DNA of 64,000 nucleotides from Pseudomonadota bacterium (GTDB lineage Bacteria; Bdellovibrionota_B; Oligoflexia; Oligoflexales; CAIYRB01): NCBI GenBank assembly GCA_026390435.1, contig JAPLFY010000117.1, positions 27,181 to 91,180 of the forward strand, read 5' to 3'. Shown piece by piece: positions 57,585 to 64,000 of this stretch (position 1 is its first letter; each line of letters starts with the position of its first letter). The notes under the pieces were generated by a model. It saw only the letters and a program-made list of their open reading frames with translations, ran no database searches and was not told where the DNA came from. The position numbers and the translations under genes were made by a program.

Positions 57585-57824
57585 AATATCGTTCCTTCAA
57601 GAATAAAAACAAAAAGAAACCCGCACCCTTTGTTATGCAATATTCAGTCCCTTTGACACCTCAATCCGGAATCGTTAACAGTCCGATCAGAACTTTCTCG
57701 CAGTGTCTTGTGACTACACAACACACTGGCTAGACCAAGCAAATTACCTAGTCCTACCGGAAACATACGCATCATAAGGGGACGGTACAAAACCTGCAAA
57801 CTGAGCGTTCGGAGGCGCACATTT

Positions 57825-58088
57825 ATGCTGCTGTTGCGTTGTACGTTGAGCCTTAGCCTGATCCTAACCACGATTATTACTGCCTGTGGCACTTCGCACC
57901 CTAGTGCGCCATTAGCGTCACCTGACAGTCATGCTTGCTACTCAGTGAGTGACTTTAAATTATGTGTACCGCACCCGGGCAAGGGTCGTGACATGATCGC
58001 TAAAACCAATTTGGACCAATCGCAGCTTGCAGCAGTTAACGAGTGCAGTTTATCACAACCGCATCACTGCGCCGCCGCTTCAATTTAG
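57825..58088 (+). CDS. Small hypothetical lipoprotein
   Basis: 87 aa. MLLLRCTLSLSLILTTIITAC signal plus lipobox. The 3' end overlaps the convergent PepSY gene by 53 nt, which lowers confidence. Confidence 0.35.
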   Translation: MLLLRCTLSLSLILTTIITACGTSHPSAPLASPDSHACYSVSDFKLCVPHPGKGRDMIAKTNLDQSQLAAVNECSLSQPHHCAAASI

Positions 58089-58878
58089 TAGCCCCCTGCC
58101 ACAATTTGAGCAGCCCTCGCGATGATAGCAATACGAGGGCTACCGCGAGCACGAGCAAGAAGAAAGTTCCCACTACTCCCAGCGGCTTCAGAGAGTGGAG
58201 CGGCAATAATGCGCTGGTCCAATGCGACCATGAGGTTCTGGTTTTTAACAGAGTGGCTGTTGCTGGATCGATGTAAAGCCGCGTGTTGTCACGATAGTAA
58301 AAAATAAAATAGGGCCGATTTTCTCTTGGCTGGTAAATTTTCACCAAATCTTTTACGTCATGCACCTGTGCAGCAGTCACCGCCGCAGCTTCAGATGCCT
58401 TAGCAAGGTCGACATGGGCGGGAGCGGTACCCACTGCTCCGGGTCGCAACAACGGTGCGGCCAACGTTGGTACGGGATCAAGCCACGCACTTAACACCTC
58501 ACTATAATTAAGCACCGCACCCAGACTGCCTACGGTTGCTAGTGGTACCCCAAGGCATAGCCCAACTAGTGCATGCCGTGAAATGCCCTTACCGCGCACC
58601 CGAATCAGGGCCTTGCTACCAGACCAAATCATCACCCAAAGAGAGAGCCCCAGTGCCGAGATGAGCAACTTACCGGCCCAGCCTGCGACTAAACTACGGT
58701 GAATTTGATAGACCAGCGGCCAAGGGTCACCCCAATGCTGCGGCCACACGATCCCCGCATAATCTTTCAAAGCTAAGAGGCTACCCGTGAGTGCCACGAT
58801 GGTAAGCGGCACGCATGCGACTAGGCCAAGCAACCTATGCCAGCGCCAAATCTTATGAATATGATTCCGTTTAGCCAT
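58036..58878 (-). CDS. PepSY-associated TM-helix protein (PiuB-like)
   Basis: 280 aa. N-terminal KIWRWHRLLGLV motif and four TM helices. The start overlaps the stop of the IucA/IucC gene by 8 nt. Confidence 0.65.
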   Translation of the reverse strand: MAKRNHIHKIWRWHRLLGLVACVPLTIVALTGSLLALKDYAGIVWPQHWGDPWPLVYQIHRSLVAGWAGKLLISALGLSLWVMIWSGSKALIRVRGKGISRHALVGLCLGVPLATVGSLGAVLNYSEVLSAWLDPVPTLAAPLLRPGAVGTAPAHVDLAKASEAAAVTAAQVHDVKDLVKIYQPRENRPYFIFYYRDNTRLYIDPATATLLKTRTSWSHWTSALLPLHSLKPLGVVGTFFLLVLAVALVLLSSRGLLKLWQGATKLKRRRSDAVVINCTR

Positions 58879-60841
58879 GCACCGTCATCTGCGCGCGACT
58901 AAGATCTTGGGCGCTTGCATTCAAGTCTAGTTCAGGCTCTTTGACATCAACCCACGGGTTACCCAGAGATACGTATGCTGCCTCCGCGTCTTTACCGACT
59001 AAAACGCGCGTAATGAGATTGGTTTTTGCGGGCAGTGGCGTCCCGGCGAGTAACTCTGCAAGCATGGGTGCATCGACAGGCTCGCCGTGTAGGCGCAAAA
59101 ACTCGCTAACGTGATACCGCACGCTCTTCCACAGGAGCGGCTCTAGCTCTGGTTGGGCAAAGCTAAGCTGCCGGATGGCCTCGACGACATGATTGGAAAA
59201 GAGACAGTAAGCAAAGCGCTTCCAAGACTTTATTTCAGAATAATTGAGCTCACGTTGTTCGGAGTCGGTAAGGCGCGAGGCAACCTCAGCACTCACTCTG
59301 CTACTGACTAACCGAGCGTTCTCAAAATCCCGCAAGTATAGCGACGAGGGACAACCGTTGCGAAATCCCACCACGATATTTTGTAGGTGCGGCTCGAACA
59401 TGATGCCAACTTTGCTGTAAAGATAAAGCAGCGGTGGTAGCAACTGGCCTAGATAAGCGTCAAACCAAGAGACCACTAAACGTGGCGTAAGACTGGCCGT
59501 AATTGATCCGGTTAAGCCAGCTGACTCAGCTATGAGCTGCCGCAGCAAATCACGTCCCTGCGCGGCATTGCCAAATAGACTCGCCGCAACCAGGCAGACA
59601 TCACCAGAATCTATCCCTGTGTCTAGATTCCGCCTTAGCATCATACCGAAGCCGTCACTGATCAAAGCCTGCTCTTCGGCGGGAGCGTCTGGCAGACTTA
59701 CGGAAAGGTAGCCGACCTCATCTAAGGTATGAAACGACGGAAACGACTCATTCAGCTCCGGACGCAACGACTCCATCATGCGATTGACCCGCAGCGACGC
59801 GGCCAATTCGGGAACAGCGTTGCGTCTAAGGCAGTTGGTGATGCGAAAGCTGAGCGCCATCTTGTAAAAGAACCGACTGTCCTTTGCATAAAGAGTACGT
59901 ACCGACGCTGTCGGTCGGAACAGCCTACCGTGAGCCCCCAGATAACGCAGTTGATCTGCCGCTTCTGCTGCTTGCACTCCAGCGAGTCGGCGTAGGTAAC
60001 CAGCCTGCCATGGATGCGCCGGGATCAAACTCCAACCGGCTCCCGGCAGAAGTTCCGACGGAATCTCACTGGCAACCATCGCTGCAGCACTCTCCTCACC
60101 TACGGAATCCTGCACGAGATATTCGTTGCGCACGGCAAAATAATGCAGCGCAAATTCCGCTCCTAATTCGGGGGAATAACGCATCAGGTCATCAGCACTC
60201 AAACCACTGCGAGCCTTTGGCGTGGGATGGAAGGGATGCCCAAATACCAACGATTGCTCTGATTGCCAGTAGGCCTCGGTCGGCGATTTAAGATTTACGA
60301 TCGTTGTGGGTCTCTCGGCGAGGATCTTAGCCGTCACCTCGACACTGCATCCCATTTGCACGATGAGATCTTCATTGACGGGACGCTGAAAACGCAAAGC
60401 TAGCTCTTCGACCAACAGCCTAGCGAACATAGCGTGCGTCAGTGTGGTCCTTTCACCGTCCCCTTCCAGCCAGACTCCACCGATGTGGCGTATCCCCATG
60501 CCGGAGCGGCGGTCAACGCTCACCAGCAAATCCTGCTGCAGAAAAGGCAGCTCTAACTTGGCGACATGCCAGGTTTCGTCCCGACCATGGGCAAGTCGGC
60601 CAGAGACCATATCAGACATAAGGGCCACATCGGCCATATCGGCCATAGCGGGCCACGTGACTAAGCCGTGCGGATCCGCGATCTCACGCCAGTAGCATTG
60701 CACTAAGATATCAAGCCCGCCCCAGTCGGCCTCGTCACGCGCGCTAGGCTGGCGATGAGCCGAAGCTGTTGGATTCACGGGATCCACGGGATCCGCCGGA
60801 ATCTCGGAACTTGCGTCCGCAGGATGTACTGCCGGATCCAT
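58871..60841 (-). CDS. IucA/IucC-family NRPS-independent siderophore synthetase
   Basis: 656 aa. FGHPFHPTPKARSG, the central ..HLQNIVVGF.. block and a C-terminal FhuF-like region. Confidence 0.82.
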   Translation of the reverse strand: MDPAVHPADASSEIPADPVDPVNPTASAHRQPSARDEADWGGLDILVQCYWREIADPHGLVTWPAMADMADVALMSDMVSGRLAHGRDETWHVAKLELPFLQQDLLVSVDRRSGMGIRHIGGVWLEGDGERTTLTHAMFARLLVEELALRFQRPVNEDLIVQMGCSVEVTAKILAERPTTIVNLKSPTEAYWQSEQSLVFGHPFHPTPKARSGLSADDLMRYSPELGAEFALHYFAVRNEYLVQDSVGEESAAAMVASEIPSELLPGAGWSLIPAHPWQAGYLRRLAGVQAAEAADQLRYLGAHGRLFRPTASVRTLYAKDSRFFYKMALSFRITNCLRRNAVPELAASLRVNRMMESLRPELNESFPSFHTLDEVGYLSVSLPDAPAEEQALISDGFGMMLRRNLDTGIDSGDVCLVAASLFGNAAQGRDLLRQLIAESAGLTGSITASLTPRLVVSWFDAYLGQLLPPLLYLYSKVGIMFEPHLQNIVVGFRNGCPSSLYLRDFENARLVSSRVSAEVASRLTDSEQRELNYSEIKSWKRFAYCLFSNHVVEAIRQLSFAQPELEPLLWKSVRYHVSEFLRLHGEPVDAPMLAELLAGTPLPAKTNLITRVLVGKDAEAAYVSLGNPWVDVKEPELDLNASAQDLSRAQMTVHG

Positions 60842-60895
60842 ATATATTCCTGTAATTTTTGTGACTTAGGCACATAGACTAGGGCCGTCAGGGGC

Positions 60896-60924
60896 ATCAT
60901 ATTAAAACTGAGAATCATTATCAA
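60896..60924 (-). promoter_or_regulatory. Sigma70-type promoter (TTGATA-N17-TATGAT) overlapped by a Fur box
   Basis: On the minus strand, -35 TTGATA is at 60924-60919 and -10 TATGAT at 60901-60896. The plus-strand 19-mer AAAACTGAGAATCATTATC (60904-60922) matches 15 of 19 positions of the Fur consensus GATAATGATAATCATTATC. It lies 63-81 nt upstream of the IucA/IucC start. Confidence 0.6.
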
Positions 60925-61008
60925 GAGCTAAGGCGTTAGTGCTGGGGATGGCTCACTAGCGAAGCGATCACGACATACCGGAAGTCTCACCATCCACTCA
61001 CGACACAA

Positions 61009-61494
61009 CTAGGCTGCCGGGGAGAAGCGCAGTTCATCAAGTTGCTTAATCAAGGATTCGTCAGCATCTCCAACTTCAACTCCTTCGTCCCCCAATAACT
61101 TTCGAGTGGAGCCAGGTCTTGCAAGTTCCATGGCTAAGCGCTCCATAGCAAGCAAAGCTTGAGATTTGGATATCCGCTGCTCATCACGCAAAATCTTGGA
61201 CACTTTTGATTTTTGACACCCCACAAGTTGTCCAAACTCATTTTGATTTACACCCAAAAAAGCAATGCAGGCACGCACTTCACTGTTAGAAAGTCCAAAC
61301 TCAGAATCTTTGATGGCTTTCCTGTAATTTAGCTTCAAAAAATTCAAGACAGCTAATCGACTTAAGCGATCTAACTCGGATGCTGCGAGTGATCGACGTC
61401 CCTTTTCGGAAACGCCAATTTCTACTTCCTCGACCAAAATTGATCCTAAAGGATGTTTAAATTCGTAGTTAACCTCTTTTATCCTCTTAATCAT
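61009..61494 (-). CDS. HTH (XRE-type) antitoxin-like protein
   Basis: ORF track starts at 61536. ATG 61494 overlaps the upstream stop as ATGA. HTH segment NQNEFGQLVGCQKSKVSKILRDEQRIS. Confidence 0.6.
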   Translation of the reverse strand: MIKRIKEVNYEFKHPLGSILVEEVEIGVSEKGRRSLAASELDRLSRLAVLNFLKLNYRKAIKDSEFGLSNSEVRACIAFLGVNQNEFGQLVGCQKSKVSKILRDEQRISKSQALLAMERLAMELARPGSTRKLLGDEGVEVGDADESLIKQLDELRFSPAA

Positions 61495-61793
61495 GACCTT
61501 TCTCCTGCCGAAACAACCATGATCAGTTGGCCGCATTCGTCTACTTCAAACTCGATCACCAGCCTCACATCGTTCTCGTAAATATCCCTCGTCCTCCAGT
61601 AGAACCTTTCGCCAGTGAAGTTAGGGTCTGTCGAATCATGAAAAGTACCAGGTGCTTTAACTAGTAAAACAACCTCGCCTATCGAATAACCACGCTCAGG
61701 ATGATCACCAATCACATGGTCTTCACAAATATCGATTCTGTTCGCAGCACGTAACTTGAAAAAGAGCCGCTTGGCGTCAACTAGGTTCACCAC
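61491..61793 (-). CDS. Small toxin-like protein (DUF4258-like)
   Basis: 100 aa. GTG start after GAGGG. Layout H..g.hpERGYSIGEVV...RLVIEFEVDECGQLIMVVSAG resembles DUF4258 toxins. It is encoded first, with the antitoxin second. Confidence 0.42.
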   Translation of the reverse strand: MVNLVDAKRLFFKLRAANRIDICEDHVIGDHPERGYSIGEVVLLVKAPGTFHDSTDPNFTGERFYWRTRDIYENDVRLVIEFEVDECGQLIMVVSAGERS

Positions 61794-61821
61794 TCACCCT
61801 CTCTATATACACCTTATCGGA

Positions 61822-61836
61822 GTGTCCACAGGAAAC
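61822..61836. promoter_or_regulatory. Operator-like palindrome GTGTCC-N3-GGAAAC
   Basis: Read directly. Lies 29-43 nt upstream of the toxin GTG. Same motif as at 61881-61895. Confidence 0.4.
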
Positions 61837-61880
61837 TTAAGAAAAATTATTCAATATACTATTTTTATTATATTTTGTGA

Positions 61881-61895
61881 GTTTCCTTAGGAAAC
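61881..61895. promoter_or_regulatory. Operator-like perfect palindrome GTTTCC-N3-GGAAAC
   Basis: Read directly. A minus-strand TATAAT (61872-61867) sits 17 nt downstream of its inner half-site, so the palindrome occupies the -35 position. Confidence 0.4.
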
Positions 61896-62079
61896 CTAGC
61901 CCAGCCAATCGCTCCGTAAATGGTCAGCTTTGATCCGGTCGTTAGCCGAATGGCGTTTGGCGGAATTTACCTGCCGAATTGGATCCTAGAATTCCGAATG
62001 TAGAGATTCCATCTTAATTGCGCCAAGCGCCGGTGACATCTTACGCGGGATAAGCTCCACCCCACAGCCCGCGCACCAG

Positions 62080-62464
62080 TTGAGTTCCAATTTTTATCCA
62101 ACGTTCCTACCAGCTCACTTTAGAGGCGCATCAGACCGTTGCGCGCTTTCCAAAGCACCTAAGATTCGAGCTTGGGCCGCGCATCGTTGGCGGCTCTCAG
62201 GATTTTTTAGAGCGTGTCATCAAGGCCAATTTCATCCGTGATCCAAAGCTCCGCTCTGAAGCCTTGTCGGGACTCTCAGCAGGGCTCTTCACAACGCGCA
62301 TGAACATTCGTCTAGCAAGGGACCTTCGAGCAATATCACCCGGTCAAGCAGCTCAGCTAACTCTACGTCTTGAGGATCTACAAAAGCAGTTAACTGGTTG
62401 GCTTAGTTGGACTCTGTCTAAAATACAGCAAAAACCGGCATCGCCTACTAATTCAACCAGTTAA
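62080..62464 (+). pseudogene. Avd-like (DGR accessory variability determinant) four-helix-bundle gene, disrupted by a 1-nt frameshift
   Basis: One frame, from TTG 62080, reads SSNFYPRSYQLTLEAHQTVARFPKHLK up to the AAA run at 62160-62162. The +1 frame continues RFELGPRIVGGSQDFLERVIKANFIRDPKL...NIRLARDLRAISPGQAAQLTLRLEDLQKQLTGWLSW to the stop at 62464. The combined layout FPK..RF.LG.RI...LRLA.DL..IS..Q...L...L....LGGW-like matches Avd proteins. Confidence 0.5.
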
Positions 62465-62740
62465 CTCTATGCTTTGAAAGAATATCCCTAATTGCAACGA
62501 ACATGTCCCACCGCCATCCAGAGCCGAACATTTTAAGCAATCCGCTCCGGCTGTAAATGAAACACCGTTTTCTTGATTTGCGATTTATTCTTCAAACAGT
62601 TTTTGTAAGAGGCGAGAAGTTGTTGATACAGAGCCAAATCAGGAGAAAGATACTTATACACGTAGGCCTGGCCTCAAAATTGCTTAAATAAAAAATAAAT
62701 TAAATAACTGCCTGCTCGGCGACGTCGGCACCCAGCGCTC

Positions 62741-64000
62741 TCACCTCACGCACGACACGGAGAACTGATAGTACTTGCCGTAGTCGTAGGTGAAGCCGTA
62801 GGCCGGATTCACGACCCACGCGAGGCTGGTAGTGGGCGGGGAGGTCGACGACGACCAAAAATAATTCTGCATCTGCGTCGATGTTAGCCAGTTGGCATTC
62901 GATGCCGTCATCATTCCGTGCTCGTAAGCATTCATTAGCTCTTTTTGTGTTGGCAAACGCCAGCCGGTCTGATTGTTGTAAGTTAAACTGCTACAGTAAA
63001 GCAAGGCATTTACCCAGTCCTTAGTACCCGGGGATTTACTCCACCAAAGCCCGCTTACTTTGTCCTGGTAAGTGCAGTTAGCTGGAGTGCCAGAGCAGGT
63101 GCTAGCATTAGAACTTGCATCTGTGGTGACATCCTTCCAAACATTGCTGTCTCCGGCAGTCGCCTCAACTCCGGCACAGGTGTTTGTGGAGGTCCAGAGA
63201 TTGCTGTATGTGTACCCGCTGCTGGTATAATTATAATAATCATCGATTGACGAAATTGTGTTGAGAGTACCTGTGGCGTAGGCATAGATAGTCACATTCG
63301 CACCAGCCCCGGTCACGGCAACTGCCGTACCTGGTCCTGATGTTTGTGAAAGCTGAATGGTATTCGCATCCAAGAAGATGACATAATAAGTAGTGGCAGA
63401 AATCAGGCCCGTTGGTACAGTTGAATAATTAACGCGAACCGTTTGATTAGCTGTGTAGCCGTGAGACGGGACCGTTAACTGAGAGTTGGTAGTGTTGATG
63501 CTTGTTACAGCCTGCGGTGTGCCCATCGCATAAAGTGTGCTAGAGCCTTGATTACGACAATTTACGGGCAATTTACCCGTGACGCCACCAATGGTGACAC
63601 CTGTGCGGACGTTCCAAGGGTCAATCGTGCCCACCCCTGAAAGGGTGCCAGTGGCTCCAAAGATAGTGACTCCGTTAGCAATATTTGCAGCAGTGATGTC
63701 GGCATCACCAGCGTTTTGGTAGCGAGTGCCGTCAGAGCTAAACCACTCAAAGTTGGCCGCACTCTTTATCTTCGCGTCAAAAGTAGCGAGGTCAAGGTCC
63801 GCAGTCGAGTCAGCACCGGCTAGAGGATAAGTCGATGAAGGATAGCTTCCTGTCACACCAAAAAGACTCACTCCACTTTTAATTTTGCCAGCAACGAGAT
63901 TAGCGTCACCAGCGACCGTAAACTGTCTATATAGGGATGTGTTGAATGTCTGGTTACTTGTGGTCGGTGTGATCGTACCAGCATCTGTGATAGTGCCGGT
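62741..64000 (-). CDS. Surface repeat protein with C-terminal DUF1566 (C-type-lectin fold) domain; 5' end beyond the window
   Basis: ORF track gives 62741..63871, but the frame stays open to position 64000. Repeats of the type G.TIFGATGT. The C-terminus DWVNALLYCSSL...GWRLPTQKELMNAY...YFWSSST...AWVV....G........VSCVR is the DUF1566 signature. Confidence 0.7.
   Translation of the reverse strand, partial: TGTITDAGTITPTTSNQTFNTSLYRQFTVAGDANLVAGKIKSGVSLFGVTGSYPSSTYPLAGADSTADLDLATFDAKIKSAANFEWFSSDGTRYQNAGDADITAANIANGVTIFGATGTLSGVGTIDPWNVRTGVTIGGVTGKLPVNCRNQGSSTLYAMGTPQAVTSINTTNSQLTVPSHGYTANQTVRVNYSTVPTGLISATTYYVIFLDANTIQLSQTSGPGTAVAVTGAGANVTIYAYATGTLNTISSIDDYYNYTSSGYTYSNLWTSTNTCAGVEATAGDSNVWKDVTTDASSNASTCSGTPANCTYQDKVSGLWWSKSPGTKDWVNALLYCSSLTYNNQTGWRLPTQKELMNAYEHGMMTASNANWLTSTQMQNYFWSSSTSPPTTSLAWVVNPAYGFTYDYGKYYQFSVSCVR

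Noticed and set aside
62533-62661. 42-aa minus-strand ORF (VYKYLSPDLALYQQLLASYKNCLKNKSQIKKTVFHLQPERIA) as a relic of a DGR reverse-transcriptase N-terminus
   Set aside because: It shows only a loose resemblance (LL.xY+....K) to RT N-termini. It is far too short, has no RT motifs, and is on the opposite strand to avd. It cannot be supported without a profile search.
1-64000. Search for tRNA, rRNA, CRISPR arrays, IS elements, integrases and prophage genes
   Set aside because: No tRNA-like T-arm sequences (GGTTCGAAT-type) were seen in intergenic regions. There are no spaced direct-repeat arrays and no transposase, integrase or phage-structural motifs in any ORF. Visual scanning could still miss short elements.

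Overview
64-kb chromosomal segment, about 50% GC and densely coding on both strands, with roughly 56 protein genes. I recognised no rRNA, tRNA, CRISPR array, transposase or integrase. Housekeeping genes (pdxH, rlmM, a TrmH/SpoU methyltransferase, NIF3, TerC, a CNNM/CorC transporter) are interspersed with an unusually large set of signal-peptide or lipoprotein hydrolases. These include two paralogous PHB-depolymerase-type esterases, a class-3 lipase, endonuclease I, GH5, GH31, a metallophosphoesterase, SGNH and CAP proteins, an LPMO-like protein and a YiiX-type amidase. By inference this fits a Gram-negative predatory or saprophytic lineage (Bdellovibrionota/Oligoflexia-like or deltaproteobacteria-like), but the organism is not determined.

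Larger units:
- A chemosensory operon, MCP-CheA-CheW-CheR(fusion)-CheB(fusion), at 23.0-30.7 kb.
- A single 1.1-kaa GH18 + CE4 + GT2 exopolysaccharide machine at 9.6-12.9 kb.
- A Fur-box-controlled IucA/IucC plus PepSY pair at 58.0-60.9 kb.
- A toxin-antitoxin pair with duplicated operator palindromes at 61.0-61.9 kb.

Most interesting observations:
- A secreted 107-aa protein made of two tandem inhibitor-cystine-knot-like cysteine frameworks (39972-40295).
- A probable diversity-generating-retroelement remnant: a frameshifted Avd-like gene next to a DUF1566/C-lectin protein whose 3' end is A-poor, with no TR or RT in the window (62.1-64.0 kb).
- An HExxH protein coupled to an AsnB-like amidotransferase, function unknown (15.5-19.1 kb).
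- Catalytically dead CheB-like and CheD-like domains fused to CheR and CheB.
- A 34-aa lysine-rich micro-ORF that was absent from the supplied ORF track and is translationally coupled to the SpoU methyltransferase.

All functional calls come from motif recognition by eye. No database search was run.
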